Assembly (NCBI GenBank): GCA_021432655.1
Contig: MU271249.1
Location: 1-51,895 of the forward strand
Direction of reading: 5' to 3'
Origin: Atractiella rhizophila
Lineage: Eukaryota
DNA length: 51,895 nt
The notes below the pieces were generated by a model. That model did no database searches, was not told where the DNA came from, and was given only the letters and a program-made list of their open reading frames with translations. Below are positions 1 to 13,394 of this stretch, piece by piece. The position numbers and the translations under genes are program-made. Every line of letters begins with the position of its first letter. Positions within the stretch are counted from its first letter, which is position 1.

Positions 1-24
1 AACTACTAAATGCCGGCAAGCCTA

Positions 25-500
25 TCATAGGATGACTCCAAGGAGAGTCGCACTGTTGGACATCTCCACTGTCTCGCCGCCGAACCGTAACCTGATGGCA
101 ATTATTTTCCGGCGATTACGAGTAAAGAGGATGAACTTAGTTTTGTCTCTTTCAAAAAGTGCGCCATGCTCATCCCCCCATCCCTCTGCTTCGTCTAGGA
201 TCCTTTCTAGATCCCTGGTGGCTAGAGTCACTGACGATGATCTAGTTAAAAGGAGACGTTGTCAATGAATCCTGCCGAGAAGGAGTTGCATTGGGAGGCT
301 AAACGTAGGAGGGGAGAGTTGTAGACGAGGAAGAGGATGGGGGGAGCCCTGAACTAGACCGATGTTACTTGGCAGCTGTTTCGAGTTAAACCCGTCAAAA
401 GGGTAAGAGGTTGAACGGCCCTCCAGCCAAGCCGTTGCAGCCGGTTTCTCCAGGTTGAAGGTGGTGAGAATAGGGAAATGGTTAGACCAAGTGTGTAGAA
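25..500 (-). mobile_element. Degenerate, internally deleted LINE (Tad1-like) ORF2 fragment
   Basis: Peptides NHFPILTTFN, WLEGRSTSYPFDGF..IGLVQGSP and LATRDLERILDEAEGWGDEHGALFERDKTKFILFTRNR..SATLLGVIL match the LINE ORF2 at 33330-34950 (DHFPILTTFN; WLAGRSTSYSFDGF..IGLVQGSP; LAIRDLEDILVDAEEWGEKHGALFERDKTKFVLFTRNR). Frameshifted. Confidence 0.9.
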
Positions 501-514
501 CGCACATTTTCTTC

Positions 515-963
515 AAACGCAACTCTAACAAAAGGGATGGCCAGGGCCAGATCGTGTGCCTCCCCCTTTCGCCACTTGCACGCTCGCGCATTTCTTTAGT
601 TCTTTCAGCCTTTTCTGGAACTTTGGCATCTTTTTGTTTGTCACAGGGATACAGGGATATTGGCTATAAAAGCCCTTCCAAGCGCGAGACTCATACTCAT
701 TTGTTATCTCTTGCCCACTCATTTGTTATCTGGTTTTCGCAGCGCTCACATACTTGTCAAGAGACTCTGTCATCTCCGATAGAAACAGGCAAAAAATGCA
801 ATCTTGTCGGTTGAGTTAGATCTTAAGTGATAAGTTTAAGAGAGCGGCATGCAAGGCTGTGAGGTGCGAGACCAAACCAATGAGAATGTAATTCCAACTA
901 TGTGAAGCTGACCTACGAGGTGCAAGACCAAACCAATGAGAATGTGGTCTCGCACTCGCAGGG
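515..963 (-). repeat. Dispersed repeat A (copy 1), probable DNA-transposon terminus/MITE with internal subrepeats
   Basis: Reverse complement matches about 26720-26990 (e.g. gtggcgaaagg[g/a]ggaggc 17/18; agataac(a)aatgagtat; atccctgtg). Internal direct repeats gaggtgc[g/a]agaccaaaccaatgagaatgt at about 861 and 917. Confidence 0.7.
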
Positions 964-1051
964 CATTTCGCCTCTATCAGAGAAAGGTGCCGAGTAACGT
1001 GAAGGTGTAATCGGAAGTGAAAAGAAAACTCTACACACCAAAGTAAGGATA

Positions 1052-2342
1052 CTAGGAGACGTGAATGCTCTGGGCTAAGTCATTCTCCTTGATCCACTGT
1101 GGCTCGTTTACCCCTCCACAAATCGTCACTCTCCAAGCCACAGGGTTATATCGCTTTTCTTCCCCCTCCGAGAACAAAAAGTCCCGTACGGTGACCGCCT
1201 TCATGTTCTCCTTCGAGTATACCTCATTCACATCTGCAGGCTTCACAAGGTTTGGTCTTCTAAGCTTCACTCTCTCCTCTTTCCGCAGAGGCATTGGTCC
1301 ATGGATCGGTTTCGGCATCGAAGGAGGGGTGGGAGGCGGAGAGCGGTAGTCGAAATCTGCGTCTTCCGGGAACTTATATTGGCAACCTCCATTGGGGAGG
1401 TGGACGATGTAAGGGATTGGCTTCTTCCCTCCAATTACAGACTTGTTGGAGAAACCATCAGGTGTGGGGGGTTCCGTGGGAGCGAGAAAACTGGTGGGAG
1501 AGTCTGGATGCGTAGATGCGTTTATGCAGAGGTGGACGGTTGGAGCGGAATCGAGTTCTGGTTCGGTCTGTGCCAGGGAGGAGGGGGAGACTTCTTTCTC
1601 ATTCTCGACGAAGGAAGTGGCGCTGGTAGAAGGATCATGGTTTTGTGGAGTGTGACAGGGGGAGCGGTATACTGGTGGATCCATCAGAGGGATTACGGAG
1701 AGAGTCAAACTTGAGATCTGGGGGAAGCATTTAGAGAAGGTATGCTTGAGCGGAATTGGAGCAGGCGACACCGTTCTTGAAGAGGTGCTGGTGGTATGCT
1801 GAAAACTTGAAGGCACTGTGAGGCGAAGCACTCTTCAAGGACATCGTAGGTGAAGGAGTAAAGTGCGTACTGTCCTGTTCCTCCGTTTGGATGCCGTACA
1901 TTATCTGGACATCCGTAGACTTAAATCACAGTACAACATTAGTTAGAACCTCGGTGATGGAGATGAAGAACTCACAGCTGCCACATCCGCTGCAGGACCC
2001 AAGCCATTCTGTTCCTGGGAAGACGGAAAAGAATTAGACAATGTCTCAGCAATATGTGAGCCTCACGTCAAGCATTTTTCTGATCTGACTGCATTTCTGA
2101 TCATTTGTGCCATTCACACAGTTGAGATTAGCCGTCGCAACACCCGGGTTAACGTTGCCTGCGATGAGATGAGATGTTTGAATGTGAGAACCATGAAGGA
2201 TGCCGTGAGCATGAATCAGGGAGCCGTTGCTCCTCGTCATTCCAGGGTTTCCGCTCCCTCCGCTCCCAATCAATCCATTAATGAAACCGAATATCTCATC
2301 GGAAGGAGACTGCTGGAGCTCAGGGTTAGGATTGACCACTCC
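1052..2342 (-). CDS. Hypothetical Pro/Ser-rich protein, probably spliced and possibly decayed
   Basis: 259-aa ORF at 1052-1831 plus upstream ORF at 2046-2339 with intron-like gaps; no family recognised. Confidence 0.35.
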
Positions 2343-2443
2343 ATGGGGAGGGAGGGAATCAATAGAATTCGTGAAGTTGAAGTGATGAGGCGAGTCTTGG
2401 TGAGAGGGTGGGAAGGTATTGACTATGTCCGCTGGGTCGGCAC

Positions 2444-2867
2444 TGTCACGGGGGACAAAATTCGCTCCGTAGCCAGATTTTTCGGCTCCGGATAATATCT
2501 CCGCCCCTGATAATCCCCCTTGGCAAAGTGCCTCAATCTCAGGCTGCCTACGCTAGACAGGCCCAGTAACACCGTAGAAACTTAATAACACAAAGCGTCT
2601 CAAAGGTGGCGAAGGAATTCGGAAAAGGGAAGTTTGCCGTTTCGGAAGGATGCGTCTTCGGATGACACAAGTAGCGGTTTGCAGGTATAAAGATTTCAGG
2701 TATGGTTTTTATCATCCTCTACTTTTCTTTCACTTCTTTGGCGTCTCGGTATAGTTTATTCTATCTGACTTTGAACTTCTTCCTCCTTCGTATTCCTCTT
2801 CGTCCCTCTCCTCTACATCTCCAAACATACCTAACTCAACTACCAAACAAATAGGGAAGACATCACA
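2444..2867 (+). repeat. Dispersed repeat B (copy 1), solo-LTR-like remnant
   Basis: Starts TGTCACG, ends CATCACA, contains TATAAAG followed by a pyrimidine-rich tract; 2460-2492 matches the reverse complement of 24947-24979 at 32/33. No TSD found. Confidence 0.45.
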
Positions 2868-3339
2868 GATTTGCCATTAAATCTCCCTCAAGTGCGTCTG
2901 CTCCTATAATTCCCTTGCCATCTTGTCTGAAAGCATGAACTCATGTGTTGTGAGGTTCAGGCAGGAACTCCCTTGCATTAGAGGGCACGACCGCGCTGCT
3001 CCCAAAGGCCATATCTGCTTCCAAATCATCGGTGGTGGCTTGAACGTTCTTTCTGATGACATTAGTTATGAGAGGTGGACTTTGCTTGCAGTATTCGCAG
3101 CAGAACCAGCAGTGCGTTGGCGATTGCTTCATACTCCGCGCTCAGTTGATGAAGCATGCAGTTTGCCTTTCATGCTGAGAGCAATCGTCACTCTTGATGT
3201 TCTCTGTCTGGTGGACTTATTTCCGCAATCGGTTGGTCTTTCTAATTTCTTTTTCCTTGGGCACATAATCTTACCGTTCGTTAAAGCTGCTGGAACCTGT
3301 TCTTACTCTCGGGAACCGTACTTGCCGTCGATATCGTGA

Positions 3340-5190
3340 CAGCGGACAACAAGCTCTTCATGGTGCGACTAAGCGGTCTCCAGCCCCTCATTTGTCAAAT
3401 GCTCAGTCCAAATACCGAAGTCCAACGCTACGCTGTCCGCTGCATCACCAACGTGACTCCAGTCTGTTTCAGCTGCAAACTGATACCATTCTAGATGAGG
3501 ATAAAACTAGGATTGCAAGATCCGGTGCTCTCGTTCCTCTTACGCAAAAAGCAAGGACATGCGCGTCCAGCGGAATGCTACTGGTGCTCTCCTGAACAGG
3601 ACACAGAGCGGTGATTTATCTCCCTCAGTCTGCCGAAAGTGGCATCGCTGAAATTATAACAGATGAGAATCGCCAACAGCTCGTCAATGCAGTAGCAATA
3701 TCTGTCCTTGTAAGCCTGCAGCTCTCCCGACACCGAAGTCCAGTACTACTGCACAACGGCTCTGTCCAACTTTGCTGTTGATGGCTCGGCTTTCTTTTCC
3801 TCCCGTCCAAAAGATTTCTCTTACTGGTGCATCACAGCCAACAACCGAAAGAAGTTATTGAATACAAAGCGGAAGCTTGTTCAGAATCTCATCACCCTCT
3901 CGGACAGCCCTTCGCTTAAGGTCCAGTGTCAAGCCGCTTTGGCACTCCGAAACCTCACATCTGAATGGTCCATTCATTCTCTTCTCAACTCCTATGATTC
4001 CACAACAGAGAAATCTCAAACTGAGGTTGTCAAATCTGGCGCCTTTCCTCCGCTTCTTCGTCTCCTTCGATCATCGTTCCTACCTCTTATCCTCTCCTCC
4101 GCGACCTGCGTCTCCATCCATCCGTGAACGAGTTCTCCATCATTGAATCTGGCTTCCTTCATCTCCTCATCGATCAGCTGGCATACGACGAGAATGAAGA
4201 GATACAATGTCATCCCATCTCCACTCTCCATAATCTCGCAGCGTCGAGCGGGAAGAACAAGTCAGGTCTGGTTGAAGCCGGGGCTGTGGATAAAATCAAG
4301 TAACTTGTGCTCAACTGTGCCGATTAACGTCCATTCTGAGATGACGGCTTGTGCAGCTGTTCTGGAGTTGAGCGGTAAAGCTGTGCGGCTTTCCAGTGAG
4401 AAGTGTGGCTGACGTACTCCACAGATGATATCAACAGCGATCTTCTAAACATGGGCATCCTAGAAGTGTTGATTCCTCTAACAGCAAGCAGCGGCATGGA
4501 AGTCCAAGGCAACAAGTGCCGCTGCCATAGGCAATTTATCTTCCAAAGGTGAGTGCCATTTGAGAACGAATCTGTGCCAGCTGAAGAGATTCCCTACAGA
4601 GAAAGAATACAATTCTTCTAATGCCTTCTGAGACGATCTTGAAGGCTGTTTACACGGACACCTTACCCGCTTTTTGGAAAACAAATACACGACCTTCCAA
4701 CACATTGCTGTTTGGACGATTGTTCAGCTGCTCGAATCAGGTGGTCAGTCCTTTGTAGCCCAGAGTGCCTATCTTATCCACTCCTCGCTTTGTTATAGAC
4801 CTAACACTGGAACGGCACATCCGAAACTCCCCTACCCTCCTCCGTCAGATTAATGCTCTTGCAATTGTCTCTGTCTCTCCGAACGAAACGAATTCGCAGA
4901 GCAGCGATGGAGATGGAGATGACGGTGCAAGCACTGCTCGTCAAGACATTGACGATGACGAAGGTTTGTCCTTTCATCTGAAAATTGCTCATGGGTCACA
5001 CTTGTTACGGTCCTGGTGAAATCTCGAATTTGGCGGAGAGGATCCCGTTCCTCCTAGACGATGGAGCGCTCATTCGAACCACCGATGGAGAGCTCATGAT
5101 TCAACCTGAAAGCGTCGGTGAGTTCCCAACCCATGCCGCTGATACAAGCACGGTTTCTAGTCCCAGAGTTGGGGAGGATAACGATCACTA
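3340..5190 (+). pseudogene. VAC8: Vacuolar protein 8 (armadillo-repeat) pseudogene, 5'-truncated, intron-containing
   Basis: [44 protein letters not shown] / [60 protein letters not shown] and TFQHIAVWTIVQLLES are Vac8 ARM-repeat motifs; multiple frameshifts, small deletions and stops. Confidence 0.92.
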
Positions 5191-5932
5191 ATCGAGAAAG
5201 GACAGATGTGCTCTTGTTTTGGACTGGTTCTAGCAATATTTTGTTTGCGCTGGGTTTGTTTCTTCAAGTTTGATTATCAGCCTTATCCATACTATCCTCC
5301 CAATCAGTTCTGCTGTCACAAATTTTTTCTCTATTTAATCTCACCCACACCATTCACACCTAATTTAACGAGCAATGATTGGTCAGTGTAAGACATTCAA
5401 TGTGGACTGCATGAAGGTTCCTCTACAGTGCGTTGAAAACTGAATGTTTGGATCTCAACTTAAGACGCACTTAGGTGCTTCCAGAAAAGACAGCAGGAGC
5501 AGACTAACATATGTAGTTCATGACAGAAGGAAAATATTGTCAAACGAGGGTTGACGTGACCCAGCACTTTCTAGCTCGGTGTGGAAAGAAGGACTGCCTG
5601 GTCGAGAAGGTTTGCAATGCTTGTCGGCATTGCCTGTTAGCTGTTGCATGAACGGGTCATTGTGGTTGTAAGCTGCTCATATGACCGTAGCGAAGCTGAA
5701 CGATTTTGAACCGTGCATGTGGTGAGGGTACATCTGAGTTCGCCTCAGCTATCACCATCTTAAGAAAGGCCATGCTGTCGAGACCCATATGACCCCAGTT
5801 TAACATTAATCCTGGCATCCCTTTCTTTATAATGATATCATTGAATGTCATATGGAACAATAGAACAAGTAAAGGAGGAAGTAAAGGAGCGTGAAACGAA
5901 GGAAAATCGGGCAATCGAAGGATAAAAACTAT

Positions 5933-8393
5933 TCATAACTCCCCTGTATCCTCCTCGCCAACGTCATCTAAATCCATGTCTTCATCCTCATCCATGACAA
6001 AATCTCCATCGTCCTCGTCGTCAATGTCGTAATCCCAGTCAACTTCCTCGTCTTGCTCCTCTTGCCTGAAGCCGTCGTAACCTCGCTGAAACCGGTTCCT
6101 TCGATCGTTCTCTGTGGCTCGTTCTCTCGAACTCCATCTTGTTCGACCAGTGTTATGACGTCCAGCATGGTCCTCCTCAGCAAATTCTTGAACATCCCCT
6201 TCAGATTCCTCTTCCAAATCAATAGATTCGGCGTCGTCATCAAGGTTAGGAAGCTTATAACGGGTGTCCAGGTCACCGTTCTTGATAGCGTCGAGGTAAG
6301 GCATCAGTTGAGCCTGTTGCTCATCTGTGAATACGTCCGGGAAGCTAAGATCAAAATTGGGATCTAGCACCGCATTTAGTCGAATACGAATGGGGAGAGG
6401 CAGTCTGTTATAGAAAACAAGATCGAAAATGTAGACCGGAGGCTTCATGGCATTCTTCTTCTGAGCGGGTGTAGCACTTTTCGGAAGAAGAGGGAGAGCA
6501 TGAAATCTTGACTTCGCTTTCTCAGCATGTCGATCTCGGGGAAGTACGCGAAGTGCTGGGTTTCTTCCTCGACTGCCTCGAGCCTTCTCATATTTCAGGG
6601 CATCTAAGCGCATTTCATCAAACAACCGAATAAAGTGATCCCATAAGACTGAGCGAAAAGGTTTGGTCTTGATCTCATAACCTCTCCCCGGACCAAGATC
6701 CTCGTCATCAGAGGTGAGATCATAATTTCCCACCAAGTCGCACAACCAGTCTGGAAGTCCACAACCTTCAGCAAAGTCCTTTCGATGTTTCGCGAGCTAT
6801 GCCAAGTCGAAAGCGCCACGACACCTCAGCTTAGAACAGATGCAGATAGCGGAAGTGAACGAACCTGGTTCCTTCGTTTTCGTATTGTGTCAGCAGCCGC
6901 GTCAGCGGCGATACTTCCTGCTGCTGCTTGCTCCTTGAAAAACATACGTGTAAGACGTGTATGCACAAATGAATTATAGGCTGCAAGGAGAAAGCTGTCA
7001 TTTCCAAGAAGGTCTCTGTTGGGAGCTAAAGCGAAGAAAGCATTCCCAGCAACAAGCGCTTTCATGATTGTGAGGAAAATGAAGCGATGAGCAGAGTTAT
7101 GCACCGAGAAAGGCTGTTCTCTGAGATTGGGATTGAACTTCCGAAATCCAAACTGAGACAGAGTATCCTTGACAAAGGCAAAAGCACTGTCAGGAATCTT
7201 CATCAATGCTGGTAGAACCGTTTTGCCTCGAAATTGAGGGTCAACGCGAAGTTCTGACGGGGTTCGAAAGGCGACATTCTCTGGGGAGATGCTGGCATTT
7301 TGTTGTCCTCTTGCTACTGAAAATATATCTTCTACAGTGGAAACATTTTCGCTAAAGGAGTGCCATTCGTCTGGATTGACCTCTTGGAAGACCATATCAC
7401 CACAAGGAAGGCCGCCTAGGACGCGAATGGTGACATCGACAGCTTGCTACAGGACATAATACTGAGCATGTTCTCCCCAAAAGAGAATCGAGCACAAGCT
7501 CACAAGTGCGGATGAGCGGCTCTGTTTGCCTGCTACATCTTTGTAAAGAGTGAGAGGGTACTTCTGTGCCCGACGTCTTGATTGATGATCCGGGGAAGCT
7601 GAGGGACGACCACGTCTCCTCGCCAGGGCTGCGTGCGGCGGGGATGAGGAGGCATAGGATGACATGGAGCTCGAGCGACTCTGCCTCATACTACCTGCTG
7701 ATGCTGAAGGAGGAGGGAACCGTGTGCGGCGAGGAGGTGGTATTGAACCCAGTGGAGAACCTGGGGCAATTGATGGAATGGGAGACACACAACATTGACT
7801 CGGAGAGTTAGCAGAATCTCTCCTTCCTGTCTGAGATGAGGAAAGTGATGTGGTGCCTTCAGTGGAATGCAACGGAGAAGGAGGATTTTCAGAATTCCTG
7901 TCACTTGATGTCATTCGGGTCAAATCTTCCGATCTTGGCGTGTTGGATGAGCTGGCTTCGCAAACATTGGAGTGGGGCAAAGAAGTTGTAGAGTTGATGT
8001 GGTTGGTAGATGTGGCTGGCCACATGACGTTAGCAGAATACCACGATAGCAAAGAATAATGTCTGTACCTTCCTCAACACCCTCCATATTGATGATCGCC
8101 TCTTGAATAAGCTGTGGTGATTGAGCACTTTCCTGTTTCTGGCATCCTCCCAGTTCATTCTGGAATGCAAGTCCTCGTACCAACTTCTCCAATTCTCCTA
8201 ATCTTTGATTGAGAGCCCGGTTGTCCTCACGAAGACGGCGATTTTCTTCGTCAGGAGACAGTGGCAGAGGTGAACGAAGGGGCAGGAATCCACAATCCGT
8301 TGAAATATGTGATACTGAGCCCAATGTGAGCGAAGGTCCACCAATTCGAAACCAGGGGTACCTTCTGCTGGAATGTCATTTGTCGAAGCTTGC
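5933..8393 (-). CDS. Spliced hypothetical protein of a basidiomycete transposon-associated family (probable CACTA accessory ORF), acidic C-terminus
   Basis: Exon ORFs at 7920-8324, 7447-8052, 6826-7395 and 5933-6745; motif block FGFRKFNPNLREQPFSVHNSAHRFIFL..FLLAAYNSFVH and ..DLTSDDED, which I recall as recurrent in basidiomycete TE-linked proteins. Start and intactness uncertain. Confidence 0.55.
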
Positions 8394-10160
8394 ATTTCTG
8401 GATGAAAACAAAAAGGTAAAAATGTATCAGCAGGGATTTCAGCGAAACAAATAAGTCCAACCTTGAATGATAGCACTTGAACTATGGGCAGACCTGGAAA
8501 TTGACCCATCCGCTTCGTCATGGGGTGAAATGGGCTTTATGTCTATCCAGTAGTCTGCAGAGGAATACGAAGGACTTGAAACTGCGCACCCTCCTTCAGC
8601 CTTTCGACGTGTTTGCCTTTATCACTTGCTGAAATTACGTTAGAGCATTGTATAAAATCGTGGAACATGGTAATACGCACATGAGCTAACCTCTTGGGTG
8701 CCTTCGCGTGGTCCTAATAACTAATAAGTTGCAGAAACTGACCATCATTTGTTAAGTGTACTGGCCTTCTCGTTGAGGTGCATTCCCTCCACTCTTTCTA
8801 GAAGACCGTCTCAACGACGAGTTTGTGGAGGTACTCATCACTGAATAAGCAGATCGGCTGCCTACAGATAGGTCTGTCACATAAAAACTCTTCTGTCAAC
8901 ATTCAACATTCACAGGACGTTTGGGCAATGTGCATACCGCGTCTGGTAGAAGGCTCAGTATCAATCAATCTATCCGCTTCTTCTTGCTCTAATTACTCTA
9001 ACCAAGCATCGGTATCAATAACCTCTATAAACCTATAAGACTTCCTGCTAATTAAATCTAAGATGCTCACCATGGTTGAAAGTGAATGCAGTCTTTTCTA
9101 ATCCAGAAATCGACTCAGAAGGGATGTTATCCAACCTCCCTCGGACAGGCTCAGAGCGGATGATGTTCGGTCTGCGAGCATGAGAAGCCCGACGATACTG
9201 AGGCTGAATTTGAGATCGGTGAGTACGAGAGCTTGAAGGGTGCTCAGGAGGATACGTGTTAGACACTGGGTTCGTTCTTGCTCTTTTGATGGCAGGGTGG
9301 GATGATACTTGGCTTGTCCGACTAGCTCGAGAACTTATAGATGCCTCTGTATGCTGGATTAGCAAGTCGACACATAATTATCTAGAACTACATACCACGG
9401 GCTTGGCTGCGAGTTCTTATCGAGGGGACAATAGAGACCGGCTCCGGTGGATTTTGCTGCTCGTCTCCTTCAGTAGACTGATCATCAGGAGCTACAAATC
9501 CCATCAACAAACAACTTGAAAAATATAGAAGACACACCTTGTCGATCAGATGGCTCTGATGTTCTCCAGGTGTGTGCTCTAGTACGAACAGTAATTCGGG
9601 CTGCTTTCTTTGACATCTTCAAGTGTAGCGTCTGGTGTTTTCTTCTCTGAAAAGAAGAAAATGGCACTGAATGCCTTTTATAGGCATGCTAAGTATCATT
9701 TTTACCCAAGGCAACAAGGATTGAAGCAACTCTGATTTGTTTGCTCTTGTCTGCTCTCAAATGAATTGAAGTCAGCTCCTGAGGTCATCAAGAAAGCTGT
9801 TGTACTTTGTTAAACTGAATCAATCAGAGTGCATTTGGATATTGCCGAAAACAGCGTAATTGTAGCAGTGCTACTAACATCTGATTACAGTGTAATCAGG
9901 TCATAACCATACTATATATCGAGTGCACTTAGAGCCTATTTGGGTGCCAAATCAGCATGAATTCGAATTCCGTGAATTGCCTGAATTGGGAATCCAATTC
10001 ACGCAATTTTGTGATTTGAGATTTTCAAAATCATTAGTTGCCAAACATCAAATGAATTGCATCAAAGCACTTGACCGTGAGCATCTGTGGACCTGAGTCC
10101 GAGTGCTGCTGATGGCCACAGGTACGACACGTCTTTTTTTGAATAACAAAACAACAATCA

Positions 10161-11504
10161 ATGCCTCGCGCCAAACCTCCCTCCGCTGCCCTTCGTCATC
10201 GTCAAAAACAAGCTCTGTGACTTCAATCATGCCAAATCATCCTGCTCCTTGTTGCCGCTACTGTTCATTTTTACGAGCTTCATTCCCTCAAAATCCCTCA
10301 GCACACAGCTTCTCTGACAGGCTATGCCTGGTATCTTCACCTTATCACTCATCCCAATGCTACTGTGATTAAAAATGATCTCGGAGTCTCCCGATTGTCT
10401 TCAACCTCCTGGTGGAAAAGATGGTGGAGCATACTGGTTTCAGGGACAGTCGTGGGGTGACGGCAGGTGAAAGCTCAGTATATTTCTTTACACGGTTAGG
10501 AAAGCTGCTAGCAATCGAACGGTTCAAAGCCGCTTCCAGCAATCTGGAGAAATGGTTTATAGGTATGTTTCTTTTGCTAGCTAGGAGACAGGGTTATAAA
10601 GGGCCTAGGCACTTCCATGATGTTCTCAAGCACCTGATTCAACCTGCACTCTACAAGCAATACGTGAAAGCAGTCGATCACAATACCCCCATCCCTCCGG
10701 AGATCAAGGATAATCCGAAATTCTATCCTTTCTTCAAGGATGTGCTTGGAAGCTGTTGTTCCCACAGCAGATCAACCATGGTTTCAAGATCACAACGGGC
10801 AACATCACCCAGAATGCACTCATAGCCATCTCATTCGACTTGAAAGTTGTTACCTGTGTGGCAGGATGGGAAGGGGGCGCGGCTGACAGTAACCTTTGGC
10901 ATGCAGCTCGATCCACTTCACTGCGGCTGCCGACAGGGAAGAAGCCTGGGAGATGCAGGCTTTGGGCTAGGAGAGGAGGATATACTTACGCCCTATCGGA
11001 ATGTGCGGTACCACCCGAAGGAATGGCATCAGGGAAATCTTAGGTTTGTCCTGCTCCATTTTGAAGCAGACCGGAAAATGCTCAGGAATTGTATAACCTG
11101 CGTCATGCGCAAGCTCGCAATGCAGCTGAGCGAGCATTTGGAGTGATAAAGCGGCGCTTTGCCATCCTTGAACTGATGCGAGAATACAAGTTTGAAACAC
11201 AGGTTTGTAACTTCAATCTGTGCATGTGTGGTCCATCTAACTCTTTGGCTAGGCCGCTCTGATCCCCGCTCTTTGTTTGATTCATAACTTCATACTACAT
11301 TACGAGCTGTTTGAATACAACGAATTCGAGCTTGAGACCCTCGATGCAGAAATTCAAGAGGCTGCAGTGTGGGATCGGAACAGAAACAGCAGTGCCGGGT
11401 CACTAGGAAGAAGTTCTATTAGCAGTGCAGAGTATCAACGAGCATTAGCAGAGCGGGATAGAATTGCACAGGCGATGTGGGACAGTATGAGGTCACGGTA
11501 CTAA
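10161..11504 (+). pseudogene. Harbinger transposase (DDE_Tnp_4 / HARBI1-like), frameshifted
   Basis: PQHTASLTGYAW, IKDNPKFYPFFKDVLG, TQNALIAISFDL..AGWEGGAADS, LGDAGF..ILTPYRNVRYH, ELYNLRHAQARNAAERAFGVIKRRF, IHNFI; stops and frameshifts. Confidence 0.92.
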
Positions 11505-11662
11505 GGAGAGAAAGAACGGGGGAGAGAGGCAGAGGAAATGGAAGACGGAGGACTTGAAGGGACTTTGTATGATACAGACTCGGAGCAGCGGCAATTTCAA
11601 GCAGTAAAGACAGTGCATTTCAAGAGAGGGTAAAGAACATTTTGAGGATCAAGCAGCTATTG

Positions 11663-13361
11663 CTAGACAGGAGTGACACCAAATTTCCGACAGACATCAG
11701 ACATATATTCCTGCCTATCGTCATCCACTTCTTCCTCCTTAAGTCCTAGGTAAACTTCGACAATAGCAGGATGTTCCCTGAACAACTCGAAGACTCCCGC
11801 TATGCTGAAATCAACAAACAATTTATCTTGATTCGAAACAGATTGCAAGCTTCCTGGAGTGGGGTAGTAGCTGGAGTGGGAGGTTTCTGATCAGGAATAA
11901 TGTAACCATCGCTGAATGCTCCTGCAGCCGCCCGTTGAATAACAGAACAGAGAAAGCAGCAATGACAAACCTTGACGGAGCAAGGTATTGAAATCCGCGA
12001 AGGACTCACCAATACTCGCTAATCCCATTGCTCCTGTCATTCTGATTCTCTTAGGAGGTCCGGCAGAGAGGGTGTTGGGATCAGCAGGCCATTTCTTGTT
12101 GCTGTTCATGGCAGGAGTAGCAACATCGGTTTGTTCCTTGATGACCGGTTAGTTCAGCAAAGACACGAGTAAGGCTAAGAAAAGACGCACCTTTTCTTCG
12201 TCTGAAGCAGCAGCCCACTCATCTGCCAGCTGTCTGTCCCTCTCCTTCACCGTCATAGGATGACCCTCCATCAACTCTGAGTCTTCCGCTCCAGGATCAA
12301 TCGCTGCCGCCCCTGTCGCCGCTGAGTCCTGGCACATTTCGAGCATCTTTGTGTTAGGGCAAACACTATGTGCGGTCGCCGATGGGCGATGCTCTGTAGT
12401 GGCGGTAAACCTAAGAGAATAGTATGGCATGAGAAGACTAACCTGTAGTGGAGGTAAACCTAAGAGAATACTCTGAGGTCACCACCACTACATCTTGATG
12501 TATATATACATATGTAAAGGCACTGCCATAAACTGTAACGTACGTTTCTTGAAACACGCAAGATAGCTAGATCAGGAAAGTAATAAAGGGAATACTCGGA
12601 AATAAGATATACTGGGTAGTACTAGTGCGAAAGGACAATAAGGCGAAAATGGAGACGGTGCAGACCGGCGAAATGTAGAAGGTTTGCGGAGCGGCGATTC
12701 GCGTGAGAAAGGGGAAAGTGGCGAACAGCGCAGACATGAGCAAAGGGGCGATGGGTAGGCACGTGCTCTCATGACGTGGTAAAGTGGGTCACATAACTTC
12801 GGATGGTGCATTTCGGTAATGTGTAGGGGCAAGCCTGACACTTTGGCCAGAGCGGCCAAGGATCACAAAACTTCTTGTTCTTCGGATTCTTCTATTCGGT
12901 TACAATTGTTAGAACTAGTGGAAAAAGTGAAAGCAAAGCACACACCTCAATGTACTCCTCCCAAACACTATCAGGGGCAACTGGATGATAGCAATCAGAA
13001 TTCCAGCCCCAGCCTGACTTGTGTTTCAATTGATTGTAGATTTTGAACTTCACAACAAGCTACAAACACCTTAACCCGTTGAACTGCAGCCCGAAGGGAG
13101 ACGTACCCCACGAAACTTGCTTTGGCATGAGCTGGCATCCTTGATGCCTCCATGACTGCTTCCCCGAAACTTGGTTGCACAATCATTGAATGCTTTCTCC
13201 TTGAATCCACCTTGAAGGCGATCTCCAGAGGTCCAGATGGTGTGAAGAGTGCCGACGAGAATCTGTTCATCCATAGCCGACCAGATGGCCTTTTCAGTCT
13301 TCCGTTCCTTCTTATTGGCTGGAGTTCCCGAATCGGCTGTACTAGAGCTCTGTTTGGCCAT
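11663..13361 (-). pseudogene. Harbinger Myb/SANT-like DNA-binding protein, interrupted by a solo LTR
   Basis: MAKQ..KAIWSAMDEQILVGTL..GGFKEKAFNDCA..GIKDASSCQSKF, typical of the Myb/SANT-like partner; convergent with the transposase inside the TIRs. Confidence 0.8.
12352..12840. mobile_element. Solo LTR (489 bp) with 5-bp TSD CTTTG
   Basis: TGTTAGGGC...GCCTGACA termini; CTTTG at 12347-12351 and 12841-12845; first about 170 bp homologous to the LTRs at 14476 and 19456. Confidence 0.92.
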
Positions 13362-13394
13362 TGATCTCGCGTGTCGCACGTCGTAGGGAGGGAG

